A stretch of 19,790 nucleotides of DNA from Candidatus Asbonarchaeum danakilense. GTDB taxonomy: Archaea > Nanohalarchaeota > Nanosalinia > Nanosalinales > Nanoanaerosalinaceae. The translations under genes were made by a program, and so were the position numbers. Positions 8,859-16,442 of the stretch are shown piece after piece (within the stretch, counting starts at the first letter, position 1; each line of letters opens with the position of its first letter). Under the pieces are notes generated by a model that was given only the letters and a program-made list of their open reading frames with translations, was not told the DNA's origin and made no database searches. The DNA lies in the NCBI GenBank assembly GCA_034190465.1, contig JAXINV010000036.1, forward strand, positions 28,658 to 48,447, written 5' to 3'.

Positions 8859-9221
8859 CTATGCATCACCTTCATCTGCTTTGCTTTCGTCGTCGCTGGC
8901 CTCTTCTTCGGCCTCTGCTTCTCCGTCTGTCTCGTTGTCGGGCTCACTTTCTTCCTGTGCTTCTTCGTCCGCGCCGTCGTCCTCTTCTACGACGACCTTG
9001 TTCTCGTAGGCGCGGACCAGGGCGGTCGAGACGTTGTGGCCGTGCCCGGTGTAGATGTGGTCGACCTCGATCTTGTCGGGGTCAAGGTCGTTCTCCGCCG
9101 CGAAAGATTTCCGTACTTTCTTATTGGACGGCGTGGCGTCGCCCTCATGCTCGATCTCAAGCTCAAACTCCTCGCGTTCGAGCAAGGGGTTGTCTCTACG
9201 CTCCTTGATTGCTATTTCCAT
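8859..9221 (-). CDS. rps24e: 30S ribosomal protein S24e (eS24) with acidic C-terminal tail
   Basis: Start at ATG 9221: MEIAIKERRDNPLLERE...H.G.ATPS...TGHG......RAYE; canonical position upstream of rps27ae. Confidence 0.92.
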   Translation of the reverse strand: MEIAIKERRDNPLLEREEFELEIEHEGDATPSNKKVRKSFAAENDLDPDKIEVDHIYTGHGHNVSTALVRAYENKVVVEEDDGADEEAQEESEPDNETDGEAEAEEEASDDESKADEGDA

Positions 9222-9250
9222 TGTTGTCGCACCTTTCGATGGCAAGTTTT

Positions 9251-9439
9251 TTATCCCTTCACCCGGATCGCGTACCGCCCGGGCGTTTCGATGCCGACCT
9301 CTTCCGCCAGTTCGGAGTCCTCGTCGTAGATGATGATGATCCCGTTCCAGGCGGTGGTGAGGTCGTTGTTCTTGCAGACGGGACATTCTGTCCCGCTCTC
9401 GATGATCCGTTTACAGTCCTTGCATGCTTTGTCTGCCAT
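9251..9439 (-). CDS. spt4: Transcription elongation factor Spt4 (RpoE'')
   Basis: KACKDC...CPVC....LT..W.G.III...DSE.A...GI..PGRYAIRV. Confidence 0.95.
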   Translation of the reverse strand: MADKACKDCKRIIESGTECPVCKNNDLTTAWNGIIIIYDEDSELAEEVGIETPGRYAIRVKG

Positions 9440-9440
9440 A

Positions 9441-10010
9441 TCAGTTCTCCTCCTCGTCTTCTTCGTCGTCTTCCTCGAGTTCCTCTTCGACCCATTCCAG
9501 CTTGCCGAGTGTGGGCTGCCGCATGGTGAGGTTGACCTTGTTGTCGGCTGATTTCTCGAGGCTGACGGCTGTGACGCGTGCCCGGACGGTGTCGCCCTTC
9601 ATCAGGGTCTTGCTCCCGTCCTCGCCGACGAGCATCTCCTGGTTCTCGTCGTAGTCGACGTAGTCGTCCATGATCTGGGAGATGTGGCAGAGGCTGTCGA
9701 TCGGGCCGAACCGGACGAACGCGCCGAACTCGGTGATGTCGACGACCTCGCCCTCGATGATCTCATGCAGTTCGGGCTGGTAGACGAGCGCTTTGTAGGT
9801 CACGGGGTAGTAGACGCCTGCGTCCTCGGGTTCGATGTCGCCGTCGCCGATGTCGTCGATGCCTGTGACGGCGAGGACGACACCGAGGTTCTCTTCGATG
9901 CTGCCTTCCAGCTGCTTGGCGAGGCTCTTCCGGACGGATTCTTCGACGTCACGGCCCAGCAGCTCGGGGGAGACGCGTACCTCTTCTTCGATGGTGAGTT
10001 TCTTGTACAT
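9441..10010 (-). CDS. rpo7: DNA-directed RNA polymerase subunit E' (Rpo7)
   Basis: VRVSPE.LG, P.L.EI.EGEVVDITEFGAFVRFGP.D.L.HISQIMDD, LTMRQP.LGKLEW. Confidence 0.96.
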   Translation of the reverse strand: MYKKLTIEEEVRVSPELLGRDVEESVRKSLAKQLEGSIEENLGVVLAVTGIDDIGDGDIEPEDAGVYYPVTYKALVYQPELHEIIEGEVVDITEFGAFVRFGPIDSLCHISQIMDDYVDYDENQEMLVGEDGSKTLMKGDTVRARVTAVSLEKSADNKVNLTMRQPTLGKLEWVEEELEEDDEEDEEEN

Positions 10011-10013
10011 CGA

Positions 10014-10553
10014 TCAGTTCCCGTGCTTTCTCTTGTACAGGTCGACGGAATGGTTTACTGCCTTGATTGCGTCTTCATGGTCGTCCCAGCCGTTGACGGA
10101 GACCTCCTTGCCCTCCTCCAGATCCTTGTAGGTCCGGAAGAACTGTGCGATCTCCTTCTTGACGTGCTCGGGGACGTCGTCGATGCCCTGGTAGTCGCTG
10201 TACCGTGGGTCCTCCTCGGGCACGGCGAGGATCTTGTCGTCCTTCTCGCCGGAGTCGACCATCCGCATCAGGCCGATGGGCCGGGCCTCGATGATGCAGC
10301 CAGGGAAGGTCTGTTTGTCCATGAGGACGATGATGTCCATCGGATCGCCGTCGTCGTAGATCGTCTGCGGGATGAACCCGTATTCGCCTGGGTAGTGCTG
10401 CGGACTGTACAGCACGCGGTCAAGGACGTACGTACTGAGGTCCTTGGAGTATTCGTACTTGTTTCTGCTTCCCTTCGGGATCTCGATTACCGCGTACACT
10501 ACGTCCGGGACGTCAGGCCCCGTCGGCAGGTCTTTCCAGTGATCGTCGGTCAT
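10014..10553 (-). CDS. ppa: Inorganic pyrophosphatase (family I)
   Basis: IEIPKGSRNKYEY, LDRVLYSP.HYP.EYGFIPQT, DDGDPMD, DSGEKDDKILAVP, FF.TYKDLE. Start placed at ATG 10553. Confidence 0.96.
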   Translation of the reverse strand: MTDDHWKDLPTGPDVPDVVYAVIEIPKGSRNKYEYSKDLSTYVLDRVLYSPQHYPGEYGFIPQTIYDDGDPMDIIVLMDKQTFPGCIIEARPIGLMRMVDSGEKDDKILAVPEEDPRYSDYQGIDDVPEHVKKEIAQFFRTYKDLEEGKEVSVNGWDDHEDAIKAVNHSVDLYKRKHGN

Positions 10554-10603
10554 GTGTATCGCCTCGTCTGCTGAGCAGAACACTGTACCAGCCACGTCCG
10601 ACC

Positions 10604-10610
10604 TTTTTAA
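10604..10610 (-). promoter_or_regulatory. Putative TATA box for the ppa-rpo7-spt4-rps24e-rps27ae unit
   Basis: TTAAAAA preceded by purine-rich AAAGAAAC on the minus strand, in an AT-rich intergenic gap. Confidence 0.45.
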
Positions 10611-10662
10611 GTGTTTCTTTCGGGTCTCCAGTGTGAACGTTTTAAAACCTCTCTCGCGGTTC

Positions 10663-10941
10663 TTAGAGCTGGTCCTCTATCGCGTCCGGGAGCCGTTCCT
10701 CGCCGCTGTACTCCTCCCCGAGCGCGGTCGCGATTGTCGAATAGGCGACAGGGCCCGTGAGGTCGTGGTATGCCTCGACGAGCTTTGTGATGATCTCGTA
10801 TCCGTCTCCCGTGACCTCGGTCACAGTCCCCTCTTCATCGATCTCCAGGCCTTCAATCTGGCGGGGAGGACCCTCCGCTGCCTCGCCCATCAGGTTCTTC
10901 TGGGACTGGATGGTCGCGGTGATGAGATCGCGATAGCTCAC
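10663..10941 (-). CDS. Small acidic hypothetical protein, partner of the FIST protein
   Basis: 92 aa, GTG start 8 nt after the FIST stop; acidic composition like the real genes; helix - beta hairpin (GLEIDEEGTVT) - helix pattern. Confidence 0.8.
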   Translation of the reverse strand: MSYRDLITATIQSQKNLMGEAAEGPPRQIEGLEIDEEGTVTEVTGDGYEIITKLVEAYHDLTGPVAYSTIATALGEEYSGEERLPDAIEDQL

Positions 10942-10949
10942 GGTGCTCG

Positions 10950-12107
10950 CTACCTGCTGCCGATGCCCTGTATTGAGATGGTTTCCTCATGGAACATCCC
11001 GTTCCCACCGCTCATAGCTATCTGGCCGAAGCCGTACAGTCCGATGATGCTGGTCCCTTCGCCAAGTTGTTCATGGACGCGCTGCACTTCCTCTTGTGTC
11101 AGCTCAGGATCGTCATAGATCGCGTCCCGTCCCACGCAACTGAACACAAGGGCGGCTTCGACGTTGCCCGTGCCGCCGAGCTGGTCCGCAACGGAACCGG
11201 AGGCGCTCGCGGCCGCGTCGAGCAGGTCTTCTTTCTGCCCCATCATGATATGGACCTCGTCGCCCTCTGGGACGCTTGCCCCACACGCATAGCACCCTTT
11301 TTCATCGACGTCGAGTGTCACACGGAGCATGTATTCATCCTCACCTTCAACATCGAGACCGAACGGCGTCATAAGAAGGAATGCAGGATCTTCAGATTCG
11401 CCGTCTCCGAATATCTCCGCATAGACCTCCTGCGGCGGACGTCCCTCCAGTTCTTTGACGACGTTCGTATCTGATTCTGTCACGGTGTAGCTGTTCGGTG
11501 TTGGCTGGAATCCATGGGCCTTGTCCGTGGCGATTTCCCGATCTGTCGACACCGCAACACAGATGACAGCGTCTTCATGTGCTTCACCGTTATGGAAGAC
11601 GTGGGTGTGTTCGAATTCCATGTTGTCGGCCGCGAACTCTCCTGTTATCTGGACATCTCCGTCTGCCGCCCTGTTGACCCCTGCGAGCATGTCCACCCCT
11701 GTCCCGTGGAGAGGGTCTGAGAGCACGGTGAGGAACGTGTTCTTCTTTTCGTCAACGCCGCCGAGCGCTTCACTGGCAGCTCCATATCCTGCCTCCTCAC
11801 TACCTTCCTCAAGACCGGTCCTGAACCCGACATGTGCGTGTACATCGTCCCCGCCGATGGCCAATGCGACCACGCTCTCCTTTTCCGGTCCGTCGGGTGT
11901 TATCTCGATCATGCTGGAGCAACCGGCAAGCGGCACCTCCTCGAGCTGTTCGTCCGCTGCCGAAAGCAGGGCATCAAGGTCGTACTGAGAGGAGGCAAAG
12001 AAGTATACAAGTTTCGGGTCGTCGATCCCGGAGAGGGCCTCTTCGACAGCTCCGGCTCCGGCTTGTGTTGCGTCAGACCGGGAGGATGTACCGACTGCGG
12101 TCTCCAT
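10950..12107 (-). CDS. Stand-alone FIST (FIST_N + FIST_C) sensory domain protein
   Basis: A..A.EEAL....PKLVYFFASSQYD, LAGCSS..EI, HGFQP....TVTES..NVVKEL.GRP, ALVFSCVGR, GLYGFGQI. ATG 12107 follows SD GAGGTGA with 5-nt spacing. Confidence 0.88.
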   Translation of the reverse strand: METAVGTSSRSDATQAGAGAVEEALSGIDDPKLVYFFASSQYDLDALLSAADEQLEEVPLAGCSSMIEITPDGPEKESVVALAIGGDDVHAHVGFRTGLEEGSEEAGYGAASEALGGVDEKKNTFLTVLSDPLHGTGVDMLAGVNRAADGDVQITGEFAADNMEFEHTHVFHNGEAHEDAVICVAVSTDREIATDKAHGFQPTPNSYTVTESDTNVVKELEGRPPQEVYAEIFGDGESEDPAFLLMTPFGLDVEGEDEYMLRVTLDVDEKGCYACGASVPEGDEVHIMMGQKEDLLDAAASASGSVADQLGGTGNVEAALVFSCVGRDAIYDDPELTQEEVQRVHEQLGEGTSIIGLYGFGQIAMSGGNGMFHEETISIQGIGSR

Positions 12108-12138
12108 GGAGATCACCTCTTTCTTATCTGCATCGGCG

Positions 12139-12145
12139 ATATAAA
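12139..12145 (-). promoter_or_regulatory. TATA box for the FIST/small-protein unit
   Basis: TTTATAT within AATAATTTATAT on the minus strand, between the PIN stop and the FIST SD. Confidence 0.55.
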
Positions 12146-12156
12146 TTATTGTCGGG

Positions 12157-12537
12157 TCACCGGAGGCGCGCGGCCTCCAGGTGGTTCTCCTGCCTGAGGT
12201 AGATGTGCGGCAGCTCCTGCTCGTCGAGCTGCTGCCGGACCTCGGTGTCGTTGGTGCAGATCACGAAACCGTGCTCGGCGAACGTGACCAGCTGATCGTC
12301 CACTGACTGGTCTGCCGGGGCGTTGATGACGTGGATATCCTTCAGGTCGACGAGACGGTCCACGAGCTGGGCGTATTCGCCGTCCTCCAGGTTGATAGCC
12401 TCGTTCAGGGTCCGATCCAGGGTGTGGGCGGTGTAGCCGGCACCGACCAGCCGCTCGAATTCGTCGAATATCTCCACGTTGAACTGGAACGGGAGGACGA
12501 GGAAGTTGGCGTCCAGCAGCAGATCGACTGTCATCAT
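12157..12537 (-). CDS. PIN domain protein (Fcf1/Utp24-like, normally downstream of aIF2gamma)
   Basis: LLLDANFLVLPFQF.V.IF.E, E at helix 2, VDD.L, VICTND, IYLRQ. The true start may be the second ATG (12534). Confidence 0.9.
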   Translation of the reverse strand: MMTVDLLLDANFLVLPFQFNVEIFDEFERLVGAGYTAHTLDRTLNEAINLEDGEYAQLVDRLVDLKDIHVINAPADQSVDDQLVTFAEHGFVICTNDTEVRQQLDEQELPHIYLRQENHLEAARLR

Positions 12538-12641
12538 CTATCACCTTCAGGCGGTCCGCATCGCAGCCCGTCTCTGGGTGCTGCCTGCTCGCAGCAGGCG
12601 TGGACGAGGAGGCCGCCGTCGAGCAGGAGGTGTGGCTGCAT
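12534..12641 (-). other. 35-aa small ORF or PIN-like remnant (MQPHLLLDGGLLVHACCEQAAPRDGLRCGPPEGDR)
   Basis: ATG 22 nt downstream of a TATA-like element; stop overlaps the PIN start (ATGA); N-terminus resembles the PIN N-terminus. Confidence 0.35.
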
Positions 12642-12663
12642 GGGAGTTACTCTGTGCGAAGCC

Positions 12664-12670
12664 TATTTAT
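12664..12670. promoter_or_regulatory. Candidate bidirectional TATA element
   Basis: TATTTAT/ATAAATA lies 22 nt from minus-strand ATG 12641 and 23 nt from plus-strand ATG 12694. Confidence 0.45.
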
Positions 12671-12693
12671 GTGTGATCGTGGAGGTACAGTGC

Positions 12694-13650
12694 ATGCGCG
12701 AGCGACGACTGGTCTCGTTTAGCATGCTCGACGGCGACCACGAACAGTTGATGTACGAGCGCGGTTCTGGAAGCCCGACGGTCCTGGTGGTCGGCGGCAT
12801 CCACGGCGATGAGACGCCTTCCATCCAGGTGGCTCAGTGGTGCCGTGACAGGCTTGATAGTGTTGACGGCACGCTCAACGTGATACCGGAGGCCAACGTC
12901 TTTGCCTGTAAGGAAAACACCCGTGACACCCCTTGGCCGAAGTACGAGGACCACGAGAGTGAGGAACGGAACATGAACAGGTGTTTTGAGGCTGCCAGCA
13001 GGAAGATCAGAGGAGAAGACGTATCGCTTAACCTAACGGAGAGTATGGCAAAAAGCGTGCTGGAGCAGGCGCTTGCTGCGGACTATGTCATCGATCTCCA
13101 CACTGCGACATGGCCTGACAAGAAGCTTCCGCAGACACGCATCAAGGTCGATGAGGCGTTTGATGGGGCGACGGTCGCTGAGATGGAACGGATGGCCATG
13201 CATGCCGGCCTTTCTACGGTCCTGAAGATGCATCCGGGCGAGATAGGCGGGGGTGTGCTTGCGGCTGTCGCACCGAAGCATGGTGTGCCGGCGGTCACCC
13301 TGGAGATAGGCGGTGCCAGTCACTTCGATGATGAGGACCGGGTTACGTATACACGGACGGTGGAGAACATCCTGGCCTATCTAGGGGTTGTGAGCAGTGA
13401 GCCGGAGCAGGGACGCGTGGAGTTCTACCAGGGGATACGCACGGTGTACACGTCTGAGACGGGCGTGTTCCAGCCTCGCGCAGATATCGGTGATGTCGTG
13501 GAAGAAGGCGACGTGCTTGCGCAGGTGCGGGGACGGGATGGCACACCCGAGGAACAGGTCAGGGCGCCTGTGACGGGTACCGTGGAATCGTTGAACCGGA
13601 AAAGGGTGGTCAACGAGGGCAGTAGAGCCGCCAAGATAGTGCATAACTAG
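12694..13650 (+). CDS. M14 family succinylglutamate desuccinylase/aspartoacylase-type Zn hydrolase
   Basis: GGIHGDE (Zn His/Glu), NMNRCF, DYVIDLH, TLEIGG (catalytic Glu), and a C-terminal biotinyl/lipoyl-like barrel (GDVVEEGDVLA...VRAPVTG). Start ATG 12694 after SD GGAGGT. Confidence 0.88.
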   Translation: MRERRLVSFSMLDGDHEQLMYERGSGSPTVLVVGGIHGDETPSIQVAQWCRDRLDSVDGTLNVIPEANVFACKENTRDTPWPKYEDHESEERNMNRCFEAASRKIRGEDVSLNLTESMAKSVLEQALAADYVIDLHTATWPDKKLPQTRIKVDEAFDGATVAEMERMAMHAGLSTVLKMHPGEIGGGVLAAVAPKHGVPAVTLEIGGASHFDDEDRVTYTRTVENILAYLGVVSSEPEQGRVEFYQGIRTVYTSETGVFQPRADIGDVVEEGDVLAQVRGRDGTPEEQVRAPVTGTVESLNRKRVVNEGSRAAKIVHN

Positions 13651-13672
13651 CCGCTCAGAGGCTCGCCCAAAC

Positions 13673-13680
13673 CTTAAATA
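13673..13680 (+). promoter_or_regulatory. Putative TATA box for the DUF1611-like gene
   Basis: CTTAAATA 28 nt upstream of ATG 13709, followed by a short inverted repeat ATTGC-N5-GCAAT (13680-13694). Confidence 0.45.
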
Positions 13681-13708
13681 TTGCACCGGGCAATGGAGTG
13701 GTGGATCA

Positions 13709-14746
13709 ATGCGTATGAACTATGATTACAAGGCCTCTGTTCTGAAACGGATTGAACTGGATGATGACGTAGACGTGGAGAAAAGCGGTCACAAGCCTCA
13801 GAGCGGGGATGTTGTGGCGGTACGTATAACCGAGAAACGGGGCAACTACGGAGAGGTCGACCTTCCTGGCGGTGAACTGGAGGAGCTTGAGGAGGGGGAT
13901 ATTGTTCTGGGAGCGTTCGGAAACCGTGCAGGGGTCAAAGGATATATAGGACGGGTTCCGGACCGGATTGAGAAGAGCGATGACGTGTTCTTCATTGGGT
14001 CGGGCGGTATATTCGGCGAATACGTCAGTGCCACGAAGGAACTCGGTCTGCCGTACAGAGCAGAGTTTCTGGGGTATGTAGCGGAGGATGACAAGATACT
14101 CAACACGAAGGAGTATGGAATCGACCACCGCGATGAACTGGGTGAGGAACCGCGGCTGTTGCCTGTGGTTGCGACACGGATGGACGCTGGGAAGACCACG
14201 GTAGCCTCAGAGCTTATCCAAAAACTGGATGGGCGTGGCTACAAGGTGGGTTCCGTCAAGCTGACTGGGTCTGCCAGAGAACGTGACAGGGTGAGTATGT
14301 ACGACGCCGGCTCGCTTGTCTCTTTGGACTTCGTGGATGCAGGACTGCCGTCCACTGTCGAGGACCCGGACGAGGTCATCGACGCGGCGAAAGGCCTGAT
14401 CCACGAGGCGTGGAATGCTGAGGACGTGGACATGATCGTCGCTGAGTTCGGTGCGGGCGTTATCAGTAATTACCATGTGATGGACGTTCTCAAAGATCTT
14501 GATGTCCGTAAAACGGTTTTTGCCATCGCATCGACTGCTCTGGATGTTTCAGGAGCATATGGCCTGAAGAAGATCCTCCAGGAGCAGGATTATGAGCTTG
14601 ACATGGTCTGCGGACCGATAACAGACACGACAGCCGGTGTTGAGAAGGTCGAGGACAGTGTCGGCGTCGAGGCGCTGAACGCGTTCCGTGACGAAGACAT
14701 GGAAGAAGCGGCGAACATCATTGAAGAGCGGTTTGAGGAGCTATAA
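13709..14746 (+). CDS. DUF1611-like P-loop protein
   Basis: N-terminal beta domain (P..GDVV.V...GD.VLGAFGNR...GY.G.VP...GG..G), P-loop-like ATRMDAGKTT, KLTG....D...M.DAG.....DFVDAGLPST, IVAEFGAGV. Family recalled from motif pattern, not from a search. Confidence 0.65.
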   Translation: MRMNYDYKASVLKRIELDDDVDVEKSGHKPQSGDVVAVRITEKRGNYGEVDLPGGELEELEEGDIVLGAFGNRAGVKGYIGRVPDRIEKSDDVFFIGSGGIFGEYVSATKELGLPYRAEFLGYVAEDDKILNTKEYGIDHRDELGEEPRLLPVVATRMDAGKTTVASELIQKLDGRGYKVGSVKLTGSARERDRVSMYDAGSLVSLDFVDAGLPSTVEDPDEVIDAAKGLIHEAWNAEDVDMIVAEFGAGVISNYHVMDVLKDLDVRKTVFAIASTALDVSGAYGLKKILQEQDYELDMVCGPITDTTAGVEKVEDSVGVEALNAFRDEDMEEAANIIEERFEEL

Positions 14747-15640
14747 TCCTTCCTCGGACTGTTTTTCAACCGTCTTCTGCTTGATGAAACGCATGACCTC
14801 TTCTGCCAGGTCAAGCCCCAGAACTTCTTGGACGCCGGCGACGCCCGGTGACATGTTGATCTCGCCGATGTGGTAGTCGCCGTCTTCGTTGACCATGATG
14901 TCGACGCCGCAGAAATCGAACCCACAGAGCTTGCTGGCCTGGACGGCTATCTCGCGCATATCCTCCGGCGCGTCGTATTCCTCTCGGGAGCCGCCTGCTG
15001 AGATGTTCGACCGCCATTCTTCCTCCCCGCCGACTCGCTTGTAGCTGTACGTCTTGTCTCCAACGACCACTATCCTGACATCTTCTCCAGGATTTTCGAC
15101 GTACTCCTGGAGGCAGATATCTTGTTCGAACAGTGTAAGCGTGTCGATGATGGGACTGAGGTCTGATTCGTTCTCGGCTTTCATTATACCTTTGCCGCCG
15201 TATCCGGATATCAGTTTGATGACCACAGGATATCCGAGACGCTCTGCGAACCGTTCCGTCTCCCGTGTGGATAACGTGTAGGTTGATACGGGAACGGGGA
15301 GACCACCTTCGGCCAGTACTTTCATTGAGTAGAACTTGTTCGATGCTATTGCCAGCGAGTCCATGTCAAGCTGGGTATAGACCCGGTGGTTCCTCAGTAT
15401 CTCTGGTATATGTTCGCCGTAGAGCAGATCGTCTCCCAGGAACCGGGTCAGGACGCAGTCGAAATTGCAGAGATTGGTATCCTGGTACATCAATCGGGTG
15501 TCGCCGTCCTCATAGACCGTCCGAACATTCTCCAGAGGGACCCCCAGCACGGTTTCGAAGTGTTCTTTGCCTGCCTCGATGAAATGATGGTGCTGGGCTG
15601 ACTTTTTACCATATATAACCGCGCATTTAATCGTTATCAC
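14741..15640 (-). CDS. RimK/LysX family ATP-grasp alpha-L-glutamate ligase, catalytically intact
   Basis: NKF....LA..GLPVP.T, YPVVIKL.SGYGGKG, LQEYVENPGEDVRI.VVG, WRSNIS.GG, GVD and EIN.SPG motifs. Start uncertain (GTG 15640 or ATT 15631). Confidence 0.9.
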   Translation of the reverse strand: MITIKCAVIYGKKSAQHHHFIEAGKEHFETVLGVPLENVRTVYEDGDTRLMYQDTNLCNFDCVLTRFLGDDLLYGEHIPEILRNHRVYTQLDMDSLAIASNKFYSMKVLAEGGLPVPVSTYTLSTRETERFAERLGYPVVIKLISGYGGKGIMKAENESDLSPIIDTLTLFEQDICLQEYVENPGEDVRIVVVGDKTYSYKRVGGEEEWRSNISAGGSREEYDAPEDMREIAVQASKLCGFDFCGVDIMVNEDGDYHIGEINMSPGVAGVQEVLGLDLAEEVMRFIKQKTVEKQSEEGL

Positions 15641-16442
15641 CTCGAAGAACTTCTGAAACGCGTCCATACACGTTTTTACCGCTCTTTTCTTCAAAGTAGT
15701 TGAGTTCGGGCCTGTTTTCTACGTCGAGCACGGTTGTTCCAACAAGTTTAACCCGGCATATCTTCGTCCCTATCGACTGCGCGGTATCCTCGAGGATTTC
15801 CTGTTGTTCGGTGGAGAGATTGTGGTACTGGGGGTTGCTGGCCGACCCATCAGGCCAGTTGTCCCTGTCGAGCTTCAGGGCGATGACCTCGCCGTTCAGG
15901 TAGAGCGCATCGTAGATGTCTTCTTCCTCCATCTCCTGGACCAGGGTGACGTGTGTACCGTGTTCCGAATACTCAACCATGGAAGATATCTCATCCGTGC
16001 TGTTCACCAGGGAACGTTCCGCTTCTTTGAATCCTTCGTATGTGGTGACCAGGGCGGGGAAGTCGATGGTTTCTTCGATGTTGTTCAGTCCCTTGGCGGT
16101 CGATATGGCGACGGTGGACGGGATGGCGATATCCTTCTCTGTCAGTACCTTGAACAGGTAATGCTTCTTCGCCATGATAAAGAATGCAGTCGGATTGAGG
16201 TTGCAGGGGATGCGGTGCTCTTGGATGGTCTCCAGCAGGACGCGGGCATAGATAGCTGCCTTGGGCTCTGGGTCTAGGTAGACGCTATCGTATTCCTCTA
16301 GCGGTGTGCCTTCGACTTCCACATCGGCTGTTTCTCCTGTCTCGATACCGATGTCAGCGAGGGAGTGGCGTTCCACGTCTTCAACGTAATCCTCGAATCC
16401 TGCGGCCTCATCTTTGTCATTCGTCAGTACCAGTAAATTCAT
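15627..16442 (-). CDS. Degenerate RimK-like ATP-grasp protein
   Basis: Keeps the RimK scaffold (YDSVY..P, N...F....KK......L....IAIPST, IDFPALV, LVQE) but lacks K.xxGxxGxG, DxR, RxN and ExN. ATG 16442 follows SD GGAGGTGA and overlaps the MscS gene end by 26 nt. Confidence 0.75.
   Translation of the reverse strand: MNLLVLTNDKDEAAGFEDYVEDVERHSLADIGIETGETADVEVEGTPLEEYDSVYLDPEPKAAIYARVLLETIQEHRIPCNLNPTAFFIMAKKHYLFKVLTEKDIAIPSTVAISTAKGLNNIEETIDFPALVTTYEGFKEAERSLVNSTDEISSMVEYSEHGTHVTLVQEMEEEDIYDALYLNGEVIALKLDRDNWPDGSASNPQYHNLSTEQQEILEDTAQSIGTKICRVKLVGTTVLDVENRPELNYFEEKSGKNVYGRVSEVLRGDND

Noticed and set aside
12157..12641. VapBC toxin-antitoxin pair (small ORF + PIN)
   Set aside because: The PIN is the conserved housekeeping type from the aIF2gamma operon, and the small ORF has no RHH, AbrB or Phd antitoxin features.
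12331..12693. N-terminal extension of the M14 ORF
   Set aside because: Antisense to PIN; the SD and TATA positions support ATG 12694.
14741..16442. LysX/ArgX lysine or arginine biosynthesis, or CofF/MptN cofactor glutamylation
   Set aside because: No LysW carrier (EDWGE C-terminus), lysY/Z/J/K, or F420/methanopterin genes in the window; a role in trans cannot be fully excluded.
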